Below the pieces are notes generated by a model. That model made no database searches. It worked only from the letters and a program-made list of their open reading frames with translations, and had not been told where the DNA came from. A stretch of 64,000 nt of DNA, from NCBI GenBank assembly GCA_964036045.1, contig OZ038378.1, positions 166,966,001 through 167,030,000 on the forward strand, written 5' to 3'. This document shows, in pieces, positions 1 to 10,824 of this stretch. Made by a program: the position numbers and the translations under genes. Each line of letters starts with the position of its first letter. The stretch's first letter is position 1. Source of the DNA: Eutreptiella sp. 'Long Island Sound 2002'. Taxonomy: Eukaryota; Protista; Euglenida.

Positions 1-899
1 AATGCAGTATTTGGCCCAGCCTTGGTTTCTGCATCAACGTGCCGTCCTCGGGGCCTCACTGATGGTTTCATACCGCGACGTGCTAGATGATCTGGTGCGG
101 CAATCACCGCACTGGCACTCCATTCTGCGACGTGCTAAAGTGTGGACCACCTCCGCAGACCAGCACTACCAGCGGCATAACCGAAGGATTTAGCTCTTTT
201 CGGTGATGAGCCAGTTGTGGGCAATCGAGCGCGCTGCCCACCGGGTGGAGTCCCCTCTGCCTAAAGGCCACTGCCGCACAAGGCCCGGCATCTTGGGCCA
301 ACGCCCGCCACCGGACATGGCCCCTCCAAAGCGACGAAAGCTTGTCACTCTTGAGGACCTATGGGGAATGGCACACACGTGATCCAGCATGTCTTAACCC
401 CTTTAAATCTTACACATTATAGGCCTGCCATATGGCCTACCGCATCTGAGGGCCCTCTGGAATACGCATGTGAACTCTGGGTCTTTGCCATGTGCCCCGC
501 TTTGCGGGGATCCACTGTATCATATGCTGGAGACGCCCACTTTCCCAAGCACAATCTTGTCGCCCAGGGCATATGCACTTGCAGGGCAGATCAATGAATG
601 CGCGAGTACGCATAGGGCACCTGCCTGCCGGGGCCCCATCCAGTCCTTTTAGGGTTAGCAAGGGTGCAGGGGATCATACAGGGGGACGAACTGGGATCAG
701 AACGCAGACAGAGCAGGCCACCAAAGTGCCAGCAATGATGCACCTCTCGCTGTACATACCGAGTTCCATGAACCTTCGGAACAATGCAGTGGCTACGATC
801 CCAGCTTTGAGGGGCTGAGGGGAGCAGTGGAAAACCTCGAGTGAGACCCAAGCACAGTCTTGAGTACTCTTTGAACTTCTGGAGTCAGTCAAAAAAAAA
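1..899 (+). mobile_element. 3' end of a LINE-like (non-LTR) element, runs off the window start
   Basis: A broken ORF tail ends ~412 (..MAPPKRRKLVTLEDLWGMAHT*). ACTCTTTGAACTT at 866-878 and A9 at 891-899 match the end of the element at 20260-22901. Confidence 0.4.
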
Positions 900-900
900 G

Positions 901-1403
901 CATAGAATTTTTTGTATGTCCCGGATGCCTTTCGGGTGGAAGCACTCCCCGCTTTTTTTGCTAGACAGCCCTAAGCCTTATAGTGCGACCCCTGATGCCG
1001 GACGGTTACCTACTTTTTCACTACGTCGATGATTTTCTCATCCTAGGACCAGACCCGGTGCGGTTGCGCGCTATCACAGCGCGTGTGGTGCGGGCCTTGG
1101 AAGAGGCGGGGTTCCTCGTGTGGTAAATACGTAAATTTAGGTGTGCGCACGATCAGGTCCCACCCTAGGGCTTTGCTATAGATGTTTAACATCTGGTTGC
1201 GTTTGGCCACTTGGTCCCGCCCTTCGTCCCGCTTGCTTTGTAAGGCGTTAGGATTCATCCACTGGCACTTCCGACCGCGGTTGGGAGGGGGCCTCCTTCT
1301 TGCAGGGAGCTACTGTTGCGACCGGTGGGGGGGGTTTGAGCGCCCCACGCCTTGCAAAGTTCTCCATGGGCTATGCACTGCCAGAGGTGAATTGATGAAC
1401 TGA
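901..1403 (+). pseudogene. Reverse transcriptase fragment of a YR (DIRS/VIPER-like) retrotransposon, third lineage
   Basis: RMPFGWKHSP (motif B) then, after a frameshift, FHYVDDFLILG (YVDD at 1022-1033). The thumb segment ALGFIHWHFRPRLGG aligns by eye with VTGQLQWLFGPGRG of the minus-strand element. Confidence 0.75.
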
Positions 1404-1457
1404 TTTGGTGCTTTGTCTTGTGTGATCTCACGTGGGTCAGTTTCTTCACGTCTAACA

Positions 1458-3051
1458 TCAAAACCTTCCACTTGGATAAGGTGTCACAACAATAGCCACT
1501 GTGATTGCAGAAGGGGCCACCTCAGATAGGCGGGAAACGGCATCGGCAGGCACCGGTTGAGACCTCACGCAGAAGAGGTGCATTAGGGTCCCTGACCACC
1601 ACAAAAGGGTGAAAGTTCGCCTTAGAGTTTTATTTTGTGTGACAACCCGAGGGGTCGCAGACAATTTACGCATGCTTGCCAGTGTTGCCGTATTATCACC
1701 CACGGCACTAGCGGAGTTCCAGCCAAATCATTGCACCAGTTTGGCTGCATGTCCCATCCCTTGTAGTTCCGCTTGCTGCTGGTTCTGCCAGAAAAATGTC
1801 CTAGTTCTCGTTGCCCCATTACGACACGACACCCCCACCGTGTACCCCCCCCTCCTTTGCCTCAGCAGCAACAACTGCCACCCAGGGGGATAGTCGGGGG
1901 GTTGAGGGGGCACTAGCTGTCAGTCCATGGACAGGCACCAAACCAATCGGGAAAGTGTCCATCATGCTGAGGGTCATTTTGCGTGAGAGGCTGTGGGCAA
2001 ATCTGTACCCTGCCGTTTTCCACTTGTATCAGCCAAACATGAAGGTGGTCATGCCTCGTCCGGGTCCAAACAGCCATTGTAGTTGGCCGGTCACTCGTTC
2101 TACCCTCTTTGGAGTCAGCCTTGATACCGCCGGTGGTACCACTACAGCTAGTGCCTTCCTCATAATTCCAGGGATGTTACGAACCGTCCCTTGGGAGAAG
2201 TCAAATGGTTTACCTATCCACGTGACGGTAGTAAGGGGCTCGGTCTGGCTCTTGGAGCTAATCAACAAGGATTTGCCACGCAAAAATTGACATAGTCCTT
2301 GAGTCACAACTCCTAAGATCCCTCCGTCCCTTACCAAAAGCAAAATATTATCACGGTAGTGAGAGGAAACAGTGTTATGGTCCAAGAACCTACTCATGTG
2401 CTGCCGTCCCCTCGGGTCTCCTAAGCAATCAGGGGTGAGTAGTGCCAGCCGAACGGGAGCGAGTGGAACTCAGCCCCTTCCAAGTGGAATAAATCCCACA
2501 CCTCCTGTGGCATACGGAGTGACCAATAAAAATTAGTCACGTCAATCGTGGTCCCAAACACTGCCCCTGTCCGCCTCATCTTCTCAACCGACGTGAAAAA
2601 CTCTGCCACTGACGGCAGTGGTGACCTTCTAGGTTGAAGTGGGCACTCTTCAATTAAATTACACATGTCAACAATGAATGCACACTTCTGTGAACTCTTC
2701 AGCTTCACAAACACATAGCAGTTCTCATCCTGTACACTTCACGGCTCATGTAGCAACCCATAACGTAGAAGCACCCTGCAAGACGTTTTGCAAATCTTTG
2801 TCAGGGGGTGAACCAGGTACTTGGACTCTTCCTTCCAATTCCGAATTTAGTCTATTACACTCTTCGGGACGCAATCGTTCCAGATCTTCTTGGGAATGCC
2901 ATACACCCCATGGTGTCCAAATCCTGCATCCTCCATCCGCCAAGGCATCTGAGACCTCTCCTTCCCTAGGTTCTCCATCGTACACATTGTAGTCTTCATC
3001 CAGCAGGTCCCAGTTCGTGTCAGCCAACCGTTTCACTGCCTCCACCACCAT
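1458..3051 (-). pseudogene. RT + RNase H of element 1 (frameshifts and stops)
   Basis: FIVDMCNL, TTIDVTNFYWSL, SLPFGWHYSP, HYRDNILL (decayed YLDD). DIRS-type RNase H motifs NQQQAEL, GDNTATLA, VRSQPVPADAVSRL. Confidence 0.85.
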
Positions 3052-3170
3052 ATTTATCTAAAGTTTATGCAGTAAACTTGAGTTTAAATTGGGCAAGGGG
3101 GTGGGAGGAGGGCACCTCGTAAACACTCGCCTAGTGTTTGTTTGTTTTGTGGTGTGTCGTCGCCCTGACC

Positions 3171-4187
3171 ATGCCTGAGTCTGAGAACCAGCCGATCAGC
3201 TTTGAGGATTACCTCGAGCAGGGCCAGCATAAACTGGCCACGCAGCTGCTAAACGCATCCACGCTTCAGCAAGACACGGACAGACTCGTGGCGGCGGCAA
3301 AGACAGCGGGAATTGACACCGTTGAACTAGCAGATCGGCGGAGGCAGAAGTATGGTATGAAGGGATCCATGGAGGGCATCTACGAGCAAGTCGTAGCCTT
3401 CGGGACCCTCCACAAGCGGACCTTCAATTGGAACGACTGCACGTTCTACATGTCAGCACAGCATGCCCAAGTGATCGCAGGGAACGGAACCCCGGAGAAG
3501 AACCCCGCGGACGTGGTGTCAATTGGGGGCAACTCCAGTGCCAGCGGGTGGCCAAACAACAAAGGGGTGCACGCAGACATCGAGAAAATGCGCCAAGAAA
3601 TGGAGGACATGAAGCTCGTGATGGAGCAGCAACTACGAACGATACAAGAGCTACGAGCGTCCAAGACAGTGCCGCAGCTGCGGCAGGTGGTTTTCGTACT
3701 GGAAGCAGGACATGAGATGGAGGCCAACGAGGCGAAACCTGCCTGGGCGAGAGCGATGGCGGGGGCGATGGCAGGCTGGGCGGCGGAGAATCTGCAAAGC
3801 ATGCTGGAGTCTGAGTACGAGGCGGCGATGAAGGCCCTGTCCGAAGTGTGGTCACACCTGCTGTTCGAGGTCGAAAAGGAGGAAGTCAAGGCGCAGCTGG
3901 AGGCTCGAACCGCCGACGGAGCGAACGGGGCCAGGGGCTCAGGGAAGGCGAACGTCAAGGAGGAGGGAGCGAAGACCAGGCCTCAGACGGGAAAATTGGC
4001 TCCGCAGCACGTGCAAGACAGGCGGAGGGAGCGAGTGAAGGACCGCTTCACCAACATGGGAACACCCGAAGAGACGTACGAGTCCAAAGGCGGCAAGGTG
4101 CTCAAAACAGGGAAGCCCCCGCGATATCCCTGCGACGTGTGCAGAGTCAAGCACTGGTGGTTCCAGTGCCCAGTCGAGAGCCACTGA
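3171..4187 (+). CDS. Gag-like protein with coiled coil and C-terminal CX2CX3HX4C zinc knuckle (338 aa)
   Basis: Uninterrupted ORF; coiled coil EKMRQEMEDMKLVMEQQLRTIQEL; knuckle CDVCRVKHWWFQC; directly upstream of a YR ORF. Confidence 0.75.
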   Translation: MPESENQPISFEDYLEQGQHKLATQLLNASTLQQDTDRLVAAAKTAGIDTVELADRRRQKYGMKGSMEGIYEQVVAFGTLHKRTFNWNDCTFYMSAQHAQVIAGNGTPEKNPADVVSIGGNSSASGWPNNKGVHADIEKMRQEMEDMKLVMEQQLRTIQELRASKTVPQLRQVVFVLEAGHEMEANEAKPAWARAMAGAMAGWAAENLQSMLESEYEAAMKALSEVWSHLLFEVEKEEVKAQLEARTADGANGARGSGKANVKEEGAKTRPQTGKLAPQHVQDRRRERVKDRFTNMGTPEETYESKGGKVLKTGKPPRYPCDVCRVKHWWFQCPVESH

Positions 4188-4811
4188 ATGGAAGGGGGCC
4201 CCCGCCGCCTCGGAGCTCGGCGAGACGGCGGGCGCAGGGGGGCAGCAAGTGCCCGTGGAGGGGACGGTTGGGGGGCGGCCCTCCAGAAGATGGAGAGACT
4301 ACGCACACAAGACGCTCTGCACAGCTGGCAGACGTTTGTCCTGCTGGGATGGGAAGAATCGTCATTGGGGACATACCAGTGTCACGTGCGCAGGCTGGCG
4401 GCGGTCGAGCGGCGGTTCCCATGTGATGCCAAGGAGCGGGTCCTGGAGCAGGCCATATTGGAGTGCGCCCGATTGGGGAAGTCCGAGAGCACAATCAAAG
4501 GGATCATCAGCGCAGCCGTTATGGCGACAGAAGTGCGGCTGGTTGACGCGTGCATCCCGGCCACCATCTGGAGGTCCGTCAAGGCGGCGAAGAAGACAAG
4601 GAACGCGGCAAAAGAACGTATCTGGGGATCCCCGATCATGCTGCTACACATGGCAGCAAGGGCCAGCAGCCTGGAGGACTGGGCAGTGGTCGGGCTGGCC
4701 ATCGTCTCGTTCCAGCTCTTCCTGCGCGTCGGAGAGGCAATCACTCTACAGCCTTGGGCGGTCGTGGACGACGCGGTACGGTTCTTCGACTCTTTCTTCG
4801 ACTCTTTCTGA
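4188..4811 (+). pseudogene. Tyrosine recombinase N-terminal part, truncated
   Basis: LGKSESTIKGIISAA resembles MGRSPSTIKTVLSAA of element 1. The first catalytic Arg motif FLRVGEA is present; the ORF stops after a 12-bp duplication, and the HxxR and Tyr motifs are missing. Confidence 0.75.
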
Positions 4812-5530
4812 GTGTCTATTTTTTTTCGTGTTTGTTTGTTTTGTGCTCCCTGGTGGTGGTGGTGACGGATGGTGCCGCCGGCACAGCAGCACAATGGTCA
4901 CGCGACACTACGTTCTTTGGGTTCAGCAATGTCCACGACTGTGCACTGTTGTCTCGTCTACTGTGTGGATGACAGTGAGGGGAGGTGGAAGGAGGTGCGT
5001 GGGGTTTGGTTGGGCGAAGCAGCAAGTGCCAAGCCCATGGGGGGAAAACCAATTTAAACCACGGCCCCGTTTTGTGGTACTCATACAGGCGTTGCTTGCC
5101 TCTCACCAAGATAAGTTGCACTGCTTGAAAAGGCCTCTGTGTGTGAAACCGCTAGGCCAATGGTCACCCTGCGTGAAACTTTCCACGCCAAGGATCGGCA
5201 CTATCTATAAGGAAGCCATTCTTGCTGTCCATCGGTCGGGTCAAGAAAGGCTCTCCACACGTTAGACTGTTGCCTGTGTTCAGGGCTTCACCCAACTTGA
5301 TCACGCCCGGATCCCCGCCTGCAGTGGCGCGCCGGCATTCGCTTGGGGGGGCAGTTTCGGGCGTCATTGCCCCCCGTGTCATCCCCTTTGCTCCCCTCGC
5401 TGTCGTTGTTGTTGCCACTGTCGCTGAGCACCTCACTCTTGAACAATCCGGTCGGCCAAACATCCCGGACCTCGAGTTTTGAGGACTTTGTGGCATACAT
5501 GTCTTTGCTGATGGGGTTTGGAGCTCTTGG

Positions 5531-6400
5531 TTAGTCCGCCACAAGTTTGATTGTTCCCTCCTCCGGGCATTCTGCGTAACCACGTGCAGTTTCAGTGGAT
5601 CTCCAACGGCACCACGACTTGATGTTGGGCATTGGTGCCCCACCTTGGAATAGTGTGTCAGCGCAAATTTGGTGCCATCCATGCCACATGACGTCCTGCC
5701 ATTTTGATCCCACCAGCAGCTTCATCATGACTGTCTCCAACTGTCTTGGACCCGTGAATATCGGGTCATTTGGGCTTCGCCCATTTTTCTGATCGCCCAC
5801 CAATGGAAGAATACGACCCAACGCACGGCCCATGCTCCGGTTCTCCTGGTGTACGCTCTACGGTTGACCTTTTCGTCCTAGAAGGTGACAATACCCCAGA
5901 TTCCATCCTCGGACCTTGATGCCCGCCGTTTCCCCCACTCGTAGGTCTGCCACCGTTGACGGTACCGTTGCTGCCACCACCGCCCATTCGGCTGGGTATT
6001 TGGGCCTTGGTAGCCATTGTCTGCAGGGCCGCAACCAATCCCCACAGTACTTTTCCGTCATGCCATGCGTTCTCCGCCCCTTTGACATACTTCCAGAAGA
6101 TCGGGACGTTGTGCTTTGCGATCCCCATCGACTCTGCCCACGGGGCCGCTGATAGCACTGTTTTAATGGTGCTAGGGCTCCTGCCCATTGCCATTTATTC
6201 TTGGAGCTGGTCTTCCACGATCTTCCATGCAAGTTCGTCTGTGGGAGCTATGTACCTTTTTCCCAGCTTTCGGAGTCCGGCAACGAACGTTGACGGGGAT
6301 GACATTTTCCATGCAAAGGCCAGTAGGGTTCTCTTCTCTAGTGGTTCACCGGATCGTCTTTGCACAATGATGCCTCCCAACACTGTTGTCGCCGTTCTAT
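5531..6400 (-). pseudogene. Tyrosine recombinase of element 1 (frameshifted)
   Basis: WHGWHQICADTLFQGG..WCRWRSTETARGYAE is a decayed HxxR plus catalytic Tyr region matching the ORF at 22972-23658. Confidence 0.8.
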
Positions 6401-6670
6401 AAGTGGGCGCAGATCTCGGGAATCCCCATTCGTTGTTTTCTTCACCATCATCGGAACTTGTGCTCTCCTACGCTCCCAATCCGGCCTCACTGTTTGTGTT
6501 GAGTGTTGGACCTCGACTGTTTTCCCCTTCGCGGCATGCCGCCAAGGGGGTTCAGGCTCCCCGCGGCAAGACATGGGGCAATTTTCTGCCATTTCGCTGG
6601 CCCCCCTCCCCTCATGTCCTCCCTCTACTGGCGATCCTAGGGGTTCAACATTCCCCGGGATCACACCCCG

Positions 6671-7853
6671 TTAAACTAGGCCACACGTCCACACCCAGTG
6701 CCCCTTGCCACACTCTCTACACTTCTCTAGCGGGTCGTTATTTATATTGTACGCGTCGCTGGCTTTCGTGACATTGTACTTGTCGTCCTAAAAATCCATG
6801 AACCAGAAGTACCCCGCTTTGGTCTTCACCCGGTACTTCTTTCCGCCCCTGTCAAGCAAAAGGTCCACCGACAAGTTGTGCTTCTTCCCCGGCCACGACT
6901 CTTGTGACTGCGGATTCGGCTTTCCGTTGCAATATCGCTCCTTCGTCTTGTGATGGTATTTTGTGGCATAGGACTCTTTGGTGTCCCACATCGTGTACCA
7001 TACCTCGTTGCTCAAGAACTGGATTGGTTTCATACCTTCACGACCTTCAAGATTTTCCACCCACTTTGGTACTCCCTCTTCTGCAAGTAGGGTGTCCACT
7101 GCCTCCTCGGATAACTTCGGACGCACATTTTCCTTGTCCTGCTCTCCTAGCTTTGCTTCCGGCTCCTTTATCCTCCTGCATAGTTCCTCGACCATCGGAT
7201 CTTGTTCTTGGTCTCTGTCGGCAAATTTTGCGTTGCACGTGAACATTACACTCGCTCGGGATCCAATTACCTTGATTTTAAAGCTCTTATTTGTGCACAC
7301 TGCATAAGTAGCCAGAACTTGCAGGAGATGTTGGTAAGTGAACCCCAGGTCTTCAGAAATGGTCCGGATCATGTCCCTTACAATGAAATTTTCAACCCCG
7401 GTATTTGCCATCCTCGGGCCCACATCCACTGTTGTTTTGGCGAGCAAGAGGCCATCCACTGCCAATAGGAACGCCTCAAAGGCAAAAGCTGCGAAGTTGG
7501 ACAATTCTTTAATCAAAGCTTGATCTAGGCTTACCGACATCATCTGTCTTCTCGGTGGACATCCACCATCCAACGCATCCCCTAAACTCCCCAAACTTGA
7601 TGTCGATTTTTTGCGCATGTGCAGCTTCATAGGCTGATATTGCCTTCAACAGCTCAGAGTCATCTCCAGTAAAACCACCGGGCTCTCGTAGTTGTCTCAA
7701 CCACTCCTCTTTGTCTACACCCGCCTCTTTGATTTTGTCTAGCACCCCCATTGCAACCTTGGCGCCCTAGTCGACTCCTTTGCTGTTTATGAATGCCTGC
7801 AGCTTTTGCGTGAGTACAAATTGTACAAAAGTCGGGACTGCCCGATTTTCCAT
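6671..7853 (-). pseudogene. Gag-like gene of element 1 (two in-frame stops, one frameshift)
   Basis: ORFs at 7853-7767, 7751-7509 and 7630-6788 join. Reading through TAG 6788-6790 gives ..DPLEKCRECGKGHWVWTCGLV*, again a CX2CX3HX4C knuckle. Confidence 0.7.
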
Positions 7854-8448
7854 AGATACCAATAGCAAGGGGAGGGGCGGGCAGTGATCACCCAAATACA
7901 AAAATATTCTGAGATCCAAAATAAAAAAAAGACAGGAAATTTGGTGATTCGGCCATTTGGCCATTTGAACGGGCTCAATGCCCACGCACACCAATGGCCT
8001 GACAGCCTGAACTAAGTTTGGTGTCAACAAAAAAAAGTTGCCACTAGCCACTACTCACCCGCCAGCCCCTAAGACTTCAAACAACTTGGGTTGGCACACA
8101 AATGCCGGGTCACAACCTTCGCATGCCATGGGCACCATTTGGTTGTGGTGCAACCTCGGATGGTGACCACAAGTAGATTCATGGAGGTGCAACCCCTTCT
8201 TAGGGTGAGCTGTAACGCTGCCACCTATTAGCTTGCAGTGGGCAGTGGATTTGATGGCTTGCAACTCAAGAGTGCATGAACTCAAAACTAGGCAGCTAGT
8301 GGCACACGTCCATGCTTGTAACCAATTGTTTTCCAGAATAGGCCAAGGCGCAAAGCTTTGTGACAACAATGAAAGGCATAGGCAAACGGTAGAATGCCTC
8401 TAACATAACCGCAACCTGCCATGTTGGGGGAATAGGACCAACCGCTAG

Positions 8449-10582
8449 GACTACCCGTTGTGCCACCCCTTATGACCATCCCATATGCCCACCCCTTATG
8501 GCCACCCCTTATGACCACCTGTTATGACCACCCCTTGCGACCACCCCTTAGAACCACCCCTTATGACCACCCCTTATGACCACCCCTTATGACCACGCCT
8601 TATGACCACCCCATATGACCGCCCCGTATGACCAACCCTTATGATCACCCCTTATGACCACCCGTTTTGACCACCCCTTACAATCACCCCTTATGACCAC
8701 CTCTTATGACCACCCCTTACAACCACCCCTTACGACCAACCCTTACGACCACCCCTTATGACAACCCCTTATAACCACCCCTTACGAACACTCCCTACAA
8801 CCACCCCCTGTGACCACGCTTTATGACCACCCCTTATGACCGTCCCTTATGACAACCCCTTATGACCACCACCTATGCCCACCCCTTATGGCCACCCCTT
8901 AGGACCCTCCCTTATGACCACCCTTTATGACCACCCCTTATGACCACCCGTATTACGGACCTTGGCGTGGCCATGATTCCGCTCGGCCGTACAGTGGATG
9001 GGCAGAAGCAAAAAAAGAGTAGCATGGAATTGTACTTACGCTGAACATGCTCAAAACATTGATTCATTTGTGGTGATGAAAGGGGTGGGCATAGGCGGTG
9101 GCCATAAGGGGTGGTGATAAGGGGTGGTCATAAGGGGTGGTCATAAGGGGTGGTAATAAGGGGTGGTCATAAGGGGTGGTTATAGACGGTGGTCATAAGG
9201 GGTGGTCATAAGGGGTGGTCATAAGGGGTGGTCATAAGGGGTGGTCATAAGGGGTGGTCGTAAGGGGTGGTAACGACTACCCCTTATGACCACCCCTAAT
9301 GACCACCCCTTATCAGCACCCCTTATGATCACCCGTTATGACCACCCCTTACGAGCACCCCTTATGACCATCGCTGATGACCACGCCTTATGAGCACCCT
9401 TTATGACCACCCTTTATGACCACCCGTTGTGACCACCCCTCATGACCACCGCTTGTGACCACCCCTTATGACCAACCCTTATGACCACCCCTTATGACCA
9501 CCCCTAATGACCACCCCTTATGACCGCCCCCTACGACCACCGCTTATGACCACCGCTTGTGACCACCCCTAATGACCACGCCTTATGACCGCCCCTAATG
9601 ACCACCCCTTATGACCACCGCTTGTGACCACCCTTTATGACTACCCCTTAACCACCCCTTATGACCACCGTCTATGACCACCCCTCATGACCACCCATTA
9701 CGACCACCCCTTATGACCACCTCTTATGACCACCCCTTATGATCCCCCCTAATGACCACCCCTTATGACCACCCCTTACGAACACTCCCTACAACCACCC
9801 CCTATGACCACGCTTTATGATCACCCCTTACGACCACCCCTTATGACAACCCCTTATGACCACCACCTATGCCCACCCCTTATGGCCACCCCTTATGGCC
9901 ACCCCTTAGGACCCTCCCTTATGACCACCCCTTATGACCGCCCCCTACGACCACCGCTTATGACCACCGCTTGTGACCACCCCTAATGACCACGCCTTAT
10001 GACCGCCCCTAATGACCACCCCTTATGACCACCGCTTGTGACCACCCTTTATGACTACCCCTTAACCACCCCTTATGACCACCGTCTATGACCACCCCTC
10101 ATGACCACCCATTACGACCACCCCTTATGACCACCTCTTATGACCACCCCTTATGATCCCCCCTAATGACCACCCCTTATGACCACCCCTTACGAACACT
10201 CCCTACAACCACCCCCTATGACCACGCTTTATGATCACCCCTTACGACCACCCCTTATGACAACCCCTTATGACCACCACCTATGCCCACCCCTTATGCC
10301 CACCCCTTATGGCCACCCCTTAGGACCCTCCCTTATGACCACCCCTTATGACCACCCCTTATGACCACCCGTATTACGGACCTTGGCGTGGCCATGATTC
10401 CGCTCGGCCGTACAGTGGATGGGCAGAAGCAAAAAAAGAGTAGCATGGAATTGTACTTACGCTGAACATGCTCAAAACATTGATTCATTTGTGGTGATGA
10501 AAGGGGTGGGCATAGGCGGTGGCCATAAGGGGTGGTGATAAGGGGTGGTCATAAGGGGTGGTCATAAGGGGTGGTCGTAACT
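8449..10582. repeat. Two head-to-tail foldback modules built from a 13-bp repeat (TTATGACCACCCC)n around an identical ~130-bp core
   Basis: Forward array ~8470-8949, core 8950-9079, inverted array ~9080-9270. Forward array 9275-10370 (with a ~414-bp internal duplication), core 10371-10500, inverted array ~10501-10580. Confidence 0.9.
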
Positions 10583-10789
10583 CAATACTGTAGGTGACGA
10601 TGAGTGCATCATAGCATTGAGCCCATTCGAACTGCCGAACATTGCTGCATATGCATACCAGGACGTGCATGTGTGGAGCGCTTTGTGACCTGCTTGTGCC
10701 CGAGTCCCTGCACCGCGACTCTGGAAGATTTGCCAAAGGGCAGTGTAAAAGGCTTTAAAATGTTTTCATCTCGTCAGTCGGTTGTTCCC

Positions 10790-10819
10790 TAAACCTCTTC
10801 TGCAGGGCCGGTTGTTGCA
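10790..10819 (+). promoter_or_regulatory. Possible (trans-)splice acceptor upstream of the kinase ATG
   Basis: cctcttctgcAG and gttgttgcAG lie just 5' of aaaaATG at 10825. The spliced-leader role is an inference from the presumed euglenozoan host. Confidence 0.3.
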
Positions 10820-10824
10820 GAAAA

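Larger units (their letters stand above)
3089..5052 (+). mobile_element. Nested non-autonomous gag-YR element (element B), 1964 bp
   Basis: TTTAAA at 3083-3088 and 5053-5058; ends TTGG...CCAA. The host pol reads GPWFK on one side and MVVEAVK on the other, and these are contiguous in the 23.9-kb copy (GPWMKMLVDA). Confidence 0.75.
1400..7853 (-). mobile_element. Decayed YR retrotransposon (element 1), order gag-YR-RT/RNaseH, VIPER/TATE-like, interrupted by a nested insertion
   Basis: gag 7853-6671, YR ~6400-5531, pol start ~5290-5053 resuming at 3051, RT 3051-2029, RNase H ~1900-1458. Colinear with the copy at 22902-24812. Confidence 0.85.

Noticed and set aside
3134-4845. GTGTTTGTTTGTTTTGTG pair as split direct repeats of a Ngaro/VIPER terminus
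   Set aside because: Only 18 bp of (GTTT)n-like low complexity with no extended flanking similarity; kept only as a possible repair-template clue.
8055-8369. Minus-strand 104-aa ORF upstream of element 1 gag
   Set aside because: No recognisable motif; could not be tied to the element or to a gene.
8470-10580. CRISPR-like array or MTTPYDHPL repeat proteins
   Set aside because: Contiguous 13-bp tandem units with no unique spacers and no cas genes; the ORFs are translations of the repeat.
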